From Mustelus asterias (Eukaryota), in contig NW_027590137.1 in the NCBI RefSeq assembly GCF_964213995.1, positions 248,001-312,000 on the forward strand: 64,000 nt of DNA. Direction: 5' to 3'. A program made the translations under genes and the position numbers. The number at the start of each line of letters is the position of its first letter. Position 1 is the first letter of the stretch. This document shows positions 33,481-47,482 of the stretch, one piece after another. The notes under the pieces are model-generated. The model was not told the DNA's origin and ran no database searches. It worked only from the letters and a program-made list of their open reading frames with translations.

Positions 33481-35929
33481 TTTGGATTATTTGACTTTTT
33501 GTGTCATTATCTAAGCCGTTATGAATATTGTAAATAATTGAGACCTCAAGACAGACTCCTGCGGGACACAACTTAACCTGTATTATTCAGCAACGTACAT
33601 CTAATCTATAATTCGTTGCACCTTAAATTTGGGGAGTTTCCGCAGAAGGGGATATGGTATTACATTTATGAATGTGAATTATTTGTATATTACTATCATA
33701 AATCATACCTGACAGCGATATATTTACACTAACTGTAATTGCAGAATTTTGCCAGCAGATGGAATTGGCATCTTGATGGTTTACATTACATGAAGAAGGC
33801 ACTGCCTCAATAAATACTACACTGGACCCTAACTTTGCAGTTCTGCCACATACAGTCCTGGATGGTGATGGACATTTAAACAAGTAACTGCAGCAGGAGC
33901 CTCAAACGAAAGCCCCATTTTTAATGATGGGGGAGCTCTGCAAAAGGTAAAAGAAACAAGACTGAAACAATTGCTGCCATCTTCAGCCAGAAGATGTTCC
34001 ATCTCGGCCTCTCCCTGATGCCCCGAACATCACAGATGCCAGTCTCCAAGGAGGTCAACTCATTCAACATGATAACATGGAGGATAGGAATAGGAGTAGA
34101 AAATTCAGCCCCTGGAGCCCGCTCCGCCATGCAATATGATCATGATTGATCTGTGGCCTAACCCTGTGCTGAAAGCATTGGATACTGCAAAGATTATGGA
34201 TCCTGACAATATTTCAGCAATAATAATAACGATTTGTGCTCTGGAGCTAGCTGAGCCTCAGCCAATCTCTTCAAGTACAGCTACATCACGGTCACATACA
34301 CAACAGTGTGAGAATTGGCAGACATGACCTGTTTCAGAAGGTAGGACAAACCCAACCCGACCAAATATCCCCCAATGCGTCCTCACTCGATCAACGTAAT
34401 GGGAACTATGAAGGATCATCTAAAAAACTAATAATAATATAATAATAGCAATGCTGCTACAACTACAAATACTAGAATTCTGCTGAATGATGCTCTGTTT
34501 GGGTCCCACTCGGAGCACTCAGTTCCAGAAATCACTTAAGCTTAGTCCAAATCTAGTGGAAATAGCTGCTTTAATGAGGTGAGGTGAGAGTGCCGGCCCT
34601 CGACATCAACGCAGCACTTGACCGATTGTGGCATCAATAAGCCCGAGCAAAGCTGCAGTCAATGGGCATCCGGGGAAAAAAACATTCCACTGGCTTCAGT
34701 CATACCGAGCACAGAGTAAGATGGTTGTGGCTGTTGAAAGCCAATCATCTCAGTCACAGTGCATTTGCTGAAGGAACTCCTCAGGATAGTGCCCTCGGCC
34801 TAATATTCACGCTTCAATACAAGATCAGAAGTCGGATGTTCACTGATGATTGCACGATGTTCAGCACATTAACAACTTCTCAGATACTGAAGCTATCCGT
34901 GTCCGTAAGCAGAAAGACTTAGAAAACATTCAGGTTTTGGCTGTGAAGTGGCATGTGAAATTCGCGCCACCCAAGTGACAGGCAATGACCCTTTCAGGTA
35001 AGGGAGATTGCAATCATCTCCGCTTGCCATTAATGGAATGACTACAGCCGAAACCCCACTATCATCATTCTGGGAATTGCCATTGATGGAAAATTGAACT
35101 GGGACAGCCATGTAAATAATATTGCTACAAAAGCAGGTCAGATGCTGGGAATTGTGCGCTAAGTAACTCACCTCCAGATTTCCCAAACCTATCCATCATA
35201 TAAAGGCAAAAGTCAGGATTGTGATTGAATATTCTCCACTTGCCTGGCGTATGGTCCTGAACCAACCCCCAAAAAGCTCGAAACCACCCAGTAAAAAGCA
35301 GGCGGCTGGATGGACACCCCACCAACCACTTTAAACATTCACTCTCTGCATCACAGATGTACAACTCTAGTCGTGTGACCCATATACAACTTGTGTAGCA
35401 GCAACATAATCCTTTGGTAGCAACTTCCAAACACATTAACTCTGACACTAAAATGGCAAGGGCAGCAGATGCATGAGAACACAATCATCTGCAAATGCCC
35501 ATAAAACCTCCACACCGTCTTGACTGGGATCTATATCACTATTTTTTCAGTGTCAATGGATGAAAATCTTGCAACTCCTTTCCTATCAGCACTGTATGTG
35601 TACTTACTCATATGGAATGCAATGATTTAAGAAGAGGGCTCACCAGCACATTCTCAAAGGAAAAATTATAAGTGGCAACAAATCCTACTTTACCAGTGAC
35701 ACCAAAACCTCATGAAATGATTTTGAACATGTCATATCTCTGATTACGTTCAACTGGCCCCCACGTCTGTTTGTATTGCAACAGGCCATGTCCCAATCAC
35801 ATTACAGCATGTCCTGTCTCTGTTGTTTCTCTACTCGGCTCATTATCAGTTGTTCATAAGTGAAGCCAAGGCCTGTTTTAACGATGGTTTCTGAATTATG
35901 ACTGTGCTGAAATATGTTTCAGTTAATCA

Positions 35930-36215
35930 GGGCGGCACGATGGCACAGTGCCAGGGACCCGGGTTCAATTCCCAACTTGGGTGACTGTCTGTGTGGAGTC
36001 GGCACGTTATCCTTGTGTCTGCGTGGGTTTCCTCCGTGTGCTCCGGTTCCCACTCACCGTCCGAAGGAGGTGCTGGTTTGGTGCATTTGGGCCATGATAA
36101 ATTCTCCCTCAGTGTACTCAAACAGGCGCCGGAGTGTGACCACTCGGGGTTCTTCACAGTAACTTCATTGCAGTGTGAATGTAAGCCTACTTATGACACC
36201 AATAAATAAGCTTTA
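35930..36215 (+). mobile_element. V-SINE, alternative-tail subfamily
   Basis: gggcggcacgatggcacagtgccagggacccgggttc..cacagtaacttcattgcagtgtgaatgtaagcctac. Confidence 0.85.
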
Positions 36216-37469
36216 AATCTTCAATCTGGGAAGAGACTGTGTCTCAATTCCGACTGCATCAGAACCTGTATCTGTCACTCCTATACTGGAGCAACATCCT
36301 TCTTGCGTTACACAAGTTTCGGTCACTGTCATTACTCTAATGGTTCATTAGATCTAATAAACTCGACACTGTTTTAGTTAATGCTGCACGAGTGCATGTA
36401 TTTGTTTATTCAACACTGTGCCCTGCCTCTGTTATTATTGCATCATGTGATCCTTCTAATTTGCTGCATTGTCCATATCTCAGTGTATGCCAGTCTAGAT
36501 CACATATTAATAATTATTACCAATGCACTATCCTTTTTCTGAGTTCATATCAGTCTAAATATCGTATCTCTAATCATTAACAACACAGTAAATTCTGTCT
36601 CAGTTTTTATCAGTCTAGGTACTGCTTCAGTAATGACCATTAACACGCTGGCCTCTGTCTCAGTTTATGTCAGTCCAGAATCTGTATCAGTAATTACTGC
36701 TAATGCGCTAAGCTCTGCCTCAGTTAATATCGGTTCAGGCCTGTATCAGTAATTGACACGATGTGTCTCAGTTTATATCGCGCAAGTTCCTGCATTCGGT
36801 TAAATTGCACTAGACACCATCTCAGTTTTTCTTGTACTCGTTGATGTCATCCATATTTTTTAAATATTTCTTTCATGGGATGTGGGTGTCTCTGGAAAGG
36901 CCAGTGTTTTGCCTTTAACTTCCCACAAAGCACTCGGCACGACCTCATTTCTATTTCACTGCATAAGGCCTCTGTTTATATTAAAATAGATCCTGTCTCT
37001 GTTAATACTCCGCTTGACCGGAGCTTAGTTTATGATGCACTAGACCCAATCCCTGTTTATATGACATTTGACCCTGACTCTGTCTATATTTCGCGAGACC
37101 AGGTCACTGTTGATACTGCAGTATAGTATGCCTCTGTCTGAACTATGGCTCCATTAACATTACTCCACGGTTCTGTGAGGTAGAGAGATAATATAATGCA
37201 TAAATATGCTGGGCTAAAAAATCTGAATTGAAACGGAAAGTATTGGATCGAGAGTGTATGCTGCGCAGGATTTGATATCGATTTTCAATGCAGTCAGTAG
37301 AATGAGCTTTCAAATATCACTTCTTCTTTTCCAGTTCCCAAGACTAGTCTCCATCCGTCAGAGTTGTACCTATAGGAGGATGCAGAGTATCATGTTCCCA
37401 TAGCCACTTTTCACATTATTGCGCATTATCCAGTACAGTAATAACTGAGTCCGTGCCCAATATAAAATG

Positions 37470-37755
37470 AACAAAGAACAACAAAGAACAAAGAACAATA
37501 CAGCACAGGAACAGGCCCTTCAGCCCTCCAAGCCCGCGCCGCTCCCCGGTCCAGGATTGAATCCTGAATCCAGGATCCCCGCCCAATTTTCCAGCCTATC
37601 TACATACCAATATCCTATCCACCGAGCTGTCCCTCACAGCTACGATGCTTTGTTCATTACAACCTATTAACTCACCCCCACCCCCCCATTCCAGACCATG
37701 TGATCTCCAGGGAGAGGCGAAAACCCAGAGTGAAAAACCCCAGGGCCAATATGGT
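37470..37755 (-). mobile_element. CR1-type 3' end/UTR insertion specific to copy B
   Basis: Minus-strand end ggcttggagggctgaagggcctgttcctgtgctgtatt(GTTCTTT)n; absent at the paralogous position near 20190. Confidence 0.65.
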
Positions 37756-40074
37756 CAACATGAACATGAACATGGTCAAGTGCAGAACTAAGACCGCATC
37801 CAGTTTAGTACAGAGACAGGTCTACATTAATAAAAGCAGAGTCATTGTCGATCTCAATATGAACAGAGACATGGTGACGTGTAATATTAACAGAGACAGC
37901 ATCTAGTTTATTATAAACAGAAAGTACGTCTAGTGTAATGTGAACAGAGACAAAATCTTCTTTAATATAAACCGAAACAGGGATTAGTTAATTTAACATC
38001 AGCAGAGACAGGTCACAGATGAGTGCAATATAGAGACAGGGCCTAGTGTCCCATCAAACATTCCAAGGTCAGGTGTAGCATGTGGTTAGGCTCCGAATGT
38101 AAAGCTCCCTCCACAGTGCAACATTAAACACTCCCAAGCAGGTGTAGCGCGGGATAGATAAAAAGTGAAACTCCATCCACACTATCTCAATCAAGCATTT
38201 CCAGCAAATGAAGACTGTTTAGAAACAGTAAAAACCTCTCTACACTGTCCATTGAAACAATTGGACGCTGGGACAGAAAGGGTTAGATACAGGGAATGAT
38301 CAGGAGAAAAGCTCCCTCTGTAGATTGAATTAAATCCATTTAGTTAGAGACCTGAAAATAGGCCTGAGAGAATACATTAGCTGGAGTTTGACTTGAAGTT
38401 GTTGAGTAAAAACAATGACCCATCATGGAGAGACAAAACAAGACACAGAATCAGAGAGGAGAAAGACAAAGAGAGATAAAGCACATTAAATCGCCGCAAA
38501 TATATTTGCCGTGTCCTTATATTTTGTGATTAGAGGGAATCTTTCTTAATTTTGAACATAGATAATCATAGCTTGTTTTGCGTATATAACTGATGAAAAA
38601 ATATGTCCAAAAACAATCACGACTGAAATCCAATGATTGATTTGCATGTTTGTCTCTATTTCTGTGCTGTGTTGATGGGGAAATATTTGTTGTGTTTTTG
38701 TCAATCAATAAATCTAATCTGGGATTTCTATTTCTGTGTTTATTAACATAAACACCTCACTGGTTACAATGAGATGTTCATGGCAGCAAAACCAGATAAA
38801 CCGTCATTTATTCATTAGTTTCAATTCAAAATAGCGGTTTCTTTAAAGTATATTGACAGCAGGTTCAAAATCAATAGAAGCTTCGTGAATACCCATTTGA
38901 CCAGACGCTATTTAATTCAAATAAAAAAATACCCTCTAATCAAGAATTTGTTCTGAAAGTTCTGATGTCAGAATAAATAAAACATGTTTGAAAAGGCTGG
39001 TATTCCACTGAATGTCAATTTCATTGATGATTTAATCTACTAAAACTAGACATGTTAAAACATCAGGCAGAGGAGTGACGATAATCGCATTAATCGCAGA
39101 GCTTTTAACATATCAATTCTTGCATTTTATAATAACATTTGGAAAGGCCTTGCATTTTTATAACGCTTTACCTGACCTTAGGTCGTCCCAAACCATTTAA
39201 AACTCACTGATATATTTTGCTGAAGTTATTCACTGCTGTAATATTGGACAGACAGCAAGTATTTGGTGCACAGCAAGCTCCCACAAAGCGAGATGTGGTA
39301 AACGAACAGTCATTTTGTGATTTTAGTTGAGGAATGAGTGGCCAGGATACTGGGCAGGACAGTCCTGTTATATTGAATTTTATCAATGAGATTTTACGTT
39401 CTGTCATCGGCCTGAAATAAGAATCTGTTTCACCCACTGCTAATGCCCGCTGACCTGCCTTTTTTGTTGTTTTACTTTTAGATTTCCGGAATTCGCAGCA
39501 GTTTGCACTGTTCTATTCATTCTCTGGATATGGGCATCACTGACAAAGCCAGCATTTATTGCCCATCCTGAGAAGGCGGTTGCGAACTACCGTTTTGAAA
39601 TTATTGCCCTCTGGTCGGTTTTATTTGTGTTTGACTTTCTGCAGCAGCTTTGAAACACCTGAATGGCTGTTTTGACAATTTCAGAGGCACGTAAGGGTCA
39701 GCTTCATCACTGTGGAACTGGAGTCACATGTAGGACAGACAGGCTAAACATAGCTTTTTTTATTGATTCGTGGGCCTTGCACATTACTGGCTGGCCACCA
39801 TTTGTTGCCCATCTCTAGTTGCCCGTGGAGGGCAGTTGAGAGTCAACCACATTGCTGTGACTCTGGAGTCACATGGAGGTCAAACAAGGTAAGAACGGCA
39901 GATGTCGTTCCCTAAAGAGGCATGAATAAACTAGATGGGTTTTTACAACTATCAACAATGGTCTCATAGTCATCAATAGATTCTTAATTCCAGATAGTTT
40001 TAATTGATTTCAAGTTCCACCATCTGCCGTGGCGGGATTTGAACTCAGGTCCTCAGAACATTGACTGAACATTA

Positions 40075-43000
40075 GGTACATAGAAATTAGGAGCCGGAGG
40101 AGGCCAGTCGAGCCTGATCCACCAGTCTTCATGATTATGGGTTATTTCCTATCTCAAGGCCACATTATTGGATTCTGCCCACACCCCCTGATACCATTAA
40201 GATCTAATCACAGATCGATTTATTTCTTGAATCTATTCAGTGGCATGACATCCAAAGCCTTCAGTGCTACAGGACTCCGTATGTTCACTAGCCTCTGAAG
40301 TGAATAAATATTTCCCCATTTCTGTCCTAAATTGGCTACCCTATGTCTTGAGACTGCATCCCTGGTTTGAGACTACCTAACCAGCGAAAACGTCCTTCCT
40401 TCATCTTGCCTGCCCAGCCCTGTTAGAATTCGTTTAATTATTCATAACTTCATTTATTATTAATGCACAAGTAGACATACACTGCAATGAAGTTACTTTG
40501 AAAAGGCCCTATGGCCACACTCCAGCGCCTGTTCAGGTACGCTGAGGGAAAATTTAGCATGGCCAATGCACCGAATCAGCACGTCTTTCGGACTGTGGGA
40601 GGAAAACGGAGCACCCGAAGGAAACCCACGCAGATAATGTGCAGTCTCTGCACAGACAGTGACCCAAGGTGGGAATCGAACCCAGGTCCCTGGCATTGTA
40701 AAGCAGCCATGCTAGCCACTGTGCCACTGCATCGCCCTCATTTTTTATGCTTTGAATGTTGCAATCACAATTTTATGTATTTCAATCAGATCTCCTCTCA
40801 TCCTTCTAAACTCGAGTGAATACATGAGGTGGAGATGCTCGCGTTGCACTTGGGTGTGCACAGTAAGAAGTCTCGCAACGCCAGGTTAAAGTCCAACAGG
40901 TTCATTTGGAATCACGAGCTTTCCAAGCGCTGCTCGTTCATCACGTCAGTCAAGTGAATGCAGGTCCGGTCGATGCAAGTTCGCCTTATAGGACAGTCCC
41001 ACCAATGCGTGTATCAGCTGCACTCGCCAGAGACCCTTTCTTAGGTCGGGAGATCAAATCTACACGCATTACTCCAGATGTGGTCTTCTGAAGACCCGGC
41101 ATTACTTCAGTAAGACTTCACTAATTCCGAACTCAAATCTTCTTGCAACGAAGGCCTTCCAAATTGCTTGCTGTACATACCTCTCCGATTTCATTGGTTG
41201 GTGTACAAGGATACCCAGATCCATTTGTACATCACACTTCCAAATATATATTGTTTTGTTCTTTGCACACGCATATAACTGTACATTTAGCCACGTTGTA
41301 TTGCATCTGCCACATGTTCACCCATTCACACAACTTGTCCAGATCACATTGAACACCCTTGCATCCTCCTCACAGCTCACAAGTCACTGCATCCTCCTCA
41401 TTGCTCACAGTTATATATCGCCAGCCGCTTAGGACATGTTACATTTGATTTCCTTATCCAGATCCCACGGTGGCACGGGGTCGGGGACCGGGTTCGCTTC
41501 CCGGCTTGGGTCATTTTCTGTACGGAGTCTGCACGTTCTCCCCGTGCTTACATGGACTTCTTCTGGGTGCCCCGGTTTCCTCCAACAATCCGAAGGACGT
41601 GCAGCTCAGGGACATTGGCCATGCTGAACTTTCCCTCAGTGTACCCGAACAGGCGCTGGAGTGTGGTGACTCGAGGTTTTTCACAGTAACTTCATTGCAG
41701 TGTTACCGTAAGCCGACATGTGACTAATAAATAAATAATATAAGTTGGGATCATGAAGTACCCCACCAGTCGCTGACTGCCACTCGGAAAAAGACCCATG
41801 TATTTCCATTCTCTGTTTCTTGTCTGTCAACGAATTCTACACAAATGTCAATACATTATTCCCTATCCCACGTGCTTTAATTTGACCTACTAATATTTTA
41901 CGAGGAACCGTCTCAAATGTCTTCTGAAAGTGCAAATGCACCACGTACATGCACGCTGACATAGGTAGGAAGACGGAAGGTGTAATGAAAAGAGAATATA
42001 GGGAGTTAGGTAGACAGTTGGGAAGGAGGAACGCAAAGGTAGTAATCTCAGGATTGTTGCCTGTGCCACGGGAAAGTGAGAGCAGGAATGGAGTGAGGTG
42101 GAGGATGAATGCGTGGCTGAGGGACTGGAGCGGAGGGCAGGGATTCAGTTTCCTGGATTATTGGGACCTCTTTAGGGGAAGGTGTGACCTGTACAAAAAA
42201 GACGGGTGGCACTTGAATCCCAGGGGGACAAATATCCTGGCAGGAAGGTTGGCTAAGGCTACTGGGGAGGCTTTAAACTAGAAAGGTTGGGGGGAGGGAA
42301 TCGTGATGAGGTGACTGAGAGCGAGGAGGCTAGCTCGCAAATAGAGAAGGATTGTACACAGTGTAAGAGGGAGAATAGACGGGTGATGGGGAAGGGGAGA
42401 GCTCAAACCAAAGGTTTGAGATATGTCTATTTTAATGCCAGGAGTGTAGTGAATAAAGTGGATGAGCTTAGAGTGTGGATCGATGCTTGGAAGTGTGATG
42501 TGGTGGCCATTACGGAGACTTGGGGACAGGGACAGGACTGGATACTTCAGGTGCCGGGTTTCAGACGTTTCAGAAAGGACAGACAGGGAGGCAAAAGAGG
42601 GGGGTGGGGAGTGGCACTGCTGATCAGGAATAGTGTCAGAGCTGCAGAGAATGTGGAAGCCATGGAGGGATTGTCTACGGAGTCTCTGTGGGTGGAAGTT
42701 CGGAGCGGGAAGGGGTCGATAACTTTGCTGGGTGTTTTGTACAGGCCGCCCAATAGTAACAGGGATGTTGAGGAGCAGATAGGAAACAGATCCTGGAGAG
42801 ATGTAGGAATAACAGGGTTGTCGTGATGGGAGACTTTAATTTCCCAAACATCGATTGGAATATCCATAGAGTAAGGGGTTTGGATGGGGAGGGGGTTGTT
42901 AGGTGTGTTCAGGAGGGTTGCCTGACACAGCATGTGGATAAGCCTACAAGAGGAGAGGCTGTACTCGACCTGGTACTGGCTAATGAGCCAGTACCAGATG

Positions 43001-46000
43001 TCGGATCTCTCAGTGGGAGAGCATCTTGGGGATAGTGATCATTACTCTATCTCCTTTACGCAAGCATTGGAAAGAGATAGGATCAGGCAAGCTAGGAAAG
43101 TGTTTATCTGGAGTAAGGGGAAATATGAAGCCATCAGGCAGGAGATTAGATGTGTAAATTGGAAGGAGGCATTCTCGAGGAAAAGTACTGAAGTAAGGTG
43201 GCAGATTTTCAAGGAATGTTTGCCTCGAGTTCTGCATGACAACGTTCCGATGAGAGAGGGAGGTGTTGGTAGGTTACGGGAACCATGGTGCACGAAAGGT
43301 GCGCTGAACCTAGTGAGAAAGAAAAGGAAAGCGTACAAAAGCTTCAGAGCGCTAGGCGATGATAGGGATCTAGATGAGTAGACGGCTTGTCGGAACGAAA
43401 GAAATTAGGAGAGCCAGAAGGGGTCACGAGAAGGCCTTGGCAGGTAAGATTAAGGAGAACCCGAAGGCGTTCTATAAATATGTGAAGAGTAAAAGGATGA
43501 GATGTGATGGAATAGGAATTATAAAAGGTGTAGGTGAGATAGTCTGTACAGAACCGGAAGAAATAGCAGAGGTGCTTAATGAATATTTTACCTCGGTATT
43601 CACGGTGGAAAAAGACCTGGGTGGTTGTACTACAGGACTGAGGTGGGCTGAAAAGATTGAGTATGTGGACATTAAGAAAGAGGATGTGTTGGAAATTTTG
43701 AATAGCATCAAGATAGATAAGTCGCCGGGACCGGATGGGATGTACCCCAGGTTACTGTGGGAGGTGAGGGAAGAGATTACAGAGCCTCTGGTGATGATCT
43801 TTGCGTCGTCGATGGAGACGGGAGAGGTTCTGGAGGATTGGAGGATTGCGGATGTGTTTCCTATATTCAAGGAAGGGAATAGGGATCGCCCAGGAAATTA
43901 CCGACCGGTGAGTCTAACCTCAGTGGTTGGTAAGTTGATGGAGAAGATCCTGGGGGACAGGATTTATGAACATTTAGAGGAGTTTCGTATGCTCAAACGT
44001 AGTCAGCACGGCCTTGTCAAAAGCAAATCGTGCCTTACGAGACTGGTGGAGTTCTTTGAAAATGTGACTAAACACATTGATGAAGGAAAAGCGGTAGATG
44101 TGGTTTATATGGACTTCAGCAAGGCGTTCGATAAGGTACCCCATGCAAGACTTCTCAAGAAAGTGAGAGGGCATGGGATGCAAGGGGCTGTTGCCTTGTG
44201 GATTCAGAAGTGGCTTGCCTGCAGAAGGCAGAGAGTGGTTGTAGACGGGTAATTTTCTGAACGGAGGTCGGTCACCAGTGGAGTGCCCCAGGGATCTGTT
44301 CTGGGACCCTTGCTGTCTGTCATTTTCATAAATGACCTGGATGAGGAAGTGGAGGGAAGGGTTGGTAAGTTTGCCGACGACACGAAGGTTGGTGGTGTTG
44401 TGGATAGGTTGGACGCATGTCAGAAGCTGTAGTGTGACATTGATAGGATGCAAGACTGGGGAGAGAAGTGGCAGATGGACTTCAAACAGGATAAATGTGT
44501 AGTGGTCCATTTTGGCATGTCGAATGGGATGAAGGAGTATAATATCAAGTGTACGACTCTTAGCAGTGTAGAGGATCAGAAGGACCTTGGGGCCCAGGTC
44601 CATAGGACTCTTAAATCGGCCTCGCAGGTAGAGGGGGTGGTTAAGAAGGTGTATGGTGTGCTGACCTTCATCAATCGAGGGATTGAGTTTAGAAGTCAGG
44701 AGATAATAATGCAGCTTTATAAGACCCTCGTCAGACCCCACTTGGAGTACTGTGCTCAGTTCTAGTCGCCTCATTACAGGAGGGATGTGGAAATGATTGA
44801 AAAGGTGCAGAGAAGATTTACAAGGCTGTTGCCTGGATTGGTTGGCATGCCTTATGAGGATAGGCTGAGGGAGCTCGGTCTTTTCTCCTTGGAGAGATGA
44901 AGGCTGAGAGGTGACCTGAAAGAGGTGTACAAGATGTTGAGAGGTATAGATCGGGTGGATTCTCGGAGGCTTTTTTCCAGGGCTGAAATGGCTGCTACGA
45001 GAGGACACGTGTTTAAGGTGCTGGGGAGTAGGTACAGAGGAGATGTCAGGGGTAGGTTTTTCACTCAGAGGGTGGTGGGCGAATGGAATCGGCTGCCATC
45101 AGTGGTGGTGGAGGCAAACTCGATAGGGTCTTTTAAGAGACTTCTGGATGAGTACATGGGACTTAACAGGATTGAGGGTTATAGATAAGCCTATATATAA
45201 GCCTAGGTAGGTAGCGGCATGACCGGCGCAACTTGTGGGCCGAAGGGCCTGTTTGTACTGTATTTATTTCTATGTTTCTATGTTCTATGTACCCTGGTTC
45301 CCTCCCCCCTCCCTCCATCCCCCCCCCCCCCCGCCCCCCCCCCCTCACTATTCTATGACTTACAGCCTCAGAAAACGCAAGTAGGTTTGTTAAGAATGAC
45401 ATATCTTCCTTAAGCCCATGCTGGCTTCATCAAATTCCGTTAATGCTTTCCAAATATTTTGCTATCATGTCTTTGATAACAGTCTCTAACATCTTCGCTT
45501 ATGCTAAAGTCAGGCTGTAATTCAACATTTTTACTCTCCCTTCCTTTGTACATATTGGGATTTCATTTGTCACCCTCCAATCTATAGGAACTGATCCAGA
45601 GTGTATAGAATTTTAGAGGATGACACCAATGCACCCAATATTTTCAGGGCCATTTTCATTCATACTCTGGGATGTAGATTCTCAGGCCTTAGTGATTTAT
45701 CAGCATTTCACCCCATTAATTTCCCCAGCATAATTTTGCTACTAACACTGGTGTTCTTCAATGCCAACTAGCTCTTGGTTCCCTAACATTTCTGGGAGGA
45801 TATTTGTGTCCCCTTTTGTGAAGATGGAGTCAAACTTTGTGTTCTATTCATCCAACATTTCTTTGTTCCCCATTATAATTTCCCTGGATTGTGACTGGAA
45901 GCTACCTAATTTGTCTTAAATAATCTTTGTCTCTTCAGATATTCAGAGAAGCTTGTACAATTAGTTTCTCTGCTTCCTGCCATTATACTTTCATTCTCTC

Positions 46001-46090
46001 TTTCCCCCCTCGCACATTGTGTCTTCTTTTGTTGAATTTTAAAACATTCCAAACCCTCAGGCTTGTTGCTTCTTCTGGCAATTTTATATG
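40075..46090 (-). mobile_element. Old minus-strand CR1 acting as host for nested insertions
   Basis: Decayed CR1 3' end at 40075-40430 and RT pieces at 40780-41950 and 45290-46090, interrupted by SINEs (about 40450-40737 minus, 41467-41740 plus), a Penelope-like piece (40825-40952) and a long plus-strand CR1. Confidence 0.65.
41955..45288 (+). mobile_element. Long CR1 LINE: ORF1 C-terminus (SGNH esterase-like) plus ORF2 (APE endonuclease and RT), disabled
   Basis: 41949-42281 ends ..DLYKKDGWHLNPRG (DGxH); 42287-43035 FNARS, ITETW, YRPP, GDFN, LDL..SDH; 43374-45188 RT with stops and frameshifts; (TTCTATG)n tail. Confidence 0.95.
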
Positions 46091-46255
46091 TCTTACAAGT
46101 AAGAAGTAAAATTTCCTCTCCTAAAATACATCAGAGAAGAAGATGAACTTTGCCGAAATATGATTGTTATTAATTAGACAACGATGTTTGATTCAGCTTA
46201 ATCAATTAATTGAATTGAAATTCCCCAGTTGCTGGGGTGGAATTTGAACCCTTGC

Positions 46256-47482
46256 GGTTGATGGAGGAGAACCGGTGGATGCGGTGTTTTTGGATTTCCA
46301 AAAGGCGTTTGATAAGGTGCCCCATAAAAGGCTGCTGAAGAAGATTAGGGCACACGGAGTTGGGGGTAGTGTGTTAAAGTGGATCGGGGACTGGCTATCC
46401 GACAGGAAGCAAAGAGTCGGAATAAATGGGTGTTTTTCCGGTTGGAGGAAGGTAACTAGTGGCGAGCCGCAGGGATCGGTACTTGGGCCGCAACTGTTTA
46501 CCATTTATATAGATGATCTGGAGGAGGGGACGGAGTGTAGGGTAACGAAGTTTGCAGACGACACAAAGATAAGTGGAAAAGTGAATCGTGTGGAGGACGG
46601 AGAAGATCTGCAGAGAGATTTGGACAGGCTGAGTGAGTGGGCGAGGATATGGCAAATGGAGTATAACGTTGATAAATGCGAGGTTATACACTTTGGAGGA
46701 AATAATAACAAATGGGATTACTATCTCAATGGAAACAAATTAAAACATGCTACCGTGCAAAGGGACGTGGGGGTCCTTGTGCATGAGACGCAAAAGCCCA
46801 GTCTGCAGGTACAACAGGTGATCAAGAAGGCAAATGGGATGTTGGCCTATATTGCGAGGGGGATAGAATATAAAAGCAGGGATGTCTTGATGCACCTGTA
46901 CAGGGCATTGGTGAGGCCGCAGCTGGAATACTGTGTGCAGTATTGGTCCCCTTATATGAGGAAGGATATATTGGCATTGGAGGGAGTGCAGAGAAGGTTC
47001 ACCAGGTTGATACCGGAGATGAGGGGTTTGGATTATGAGGAGAGGCTGAGGAGATTGGGTTTGTACCCGTTGGAGTTTAGAAGGATGAGGGGGGATCTTA
47101 TGGAGACTTATAAGATAATGCGGGGGCTGGACAGGGTGGAGGCGGAGAGATTCTTTCCACTTAGCAAGGAAGTTAAAACTAGAGGACACAGCCTCAAAAT
47201 AAAGGGGGGGGGGGTCGGTTTAAGACAGAGTTGAGGAGGAACTTCTTCTCCCAGAGGGTGGTGAATCTCTGGAATTCTCTGCCCACTGAGGTGGTGGAGG
47301 CTACCTCGCTGAATATGTTTAAAGCGCGGATGGATGGATTCCTGATCGGTAAGGGAATTAAGGGTTATGGGGATCAGGCGGGTAAGTGGTACTGATCCAC
47401 GTCAGATCAGCCATGATCTTATTGAATGGCGGGGCAGGCTCGAGGGGCTAGATGGCCTACTCCTGCTCCTATTTCTTATGTT
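46256..47482 (+). mobile_element. Young CR1 LINE RT fragment (319-aa uninterrupted ORF) inserted in a SINE
   Basis: ORF 46275-47234 [23 protein letters not shown]; CTTGC direct repeat at 46251-46255 and 47483-47487; SINE sequence on both sides. Confidence 0.95.

Larger units (their letters stand above)
23141..39752 (+). repeat. Segmental duplication copy B
   Basis: Colinear with copy A (see that entry), expanded by copy-specific LINE/SINE insertions. Confidence 0.9.

Noticed and set aside
43974-45008. 344-aa minus-strand ORF (and similar ones at 13408, 46740, 53974)
   Set aside because: Antisense shadows of CR1 ORF2, with no independent protein features.
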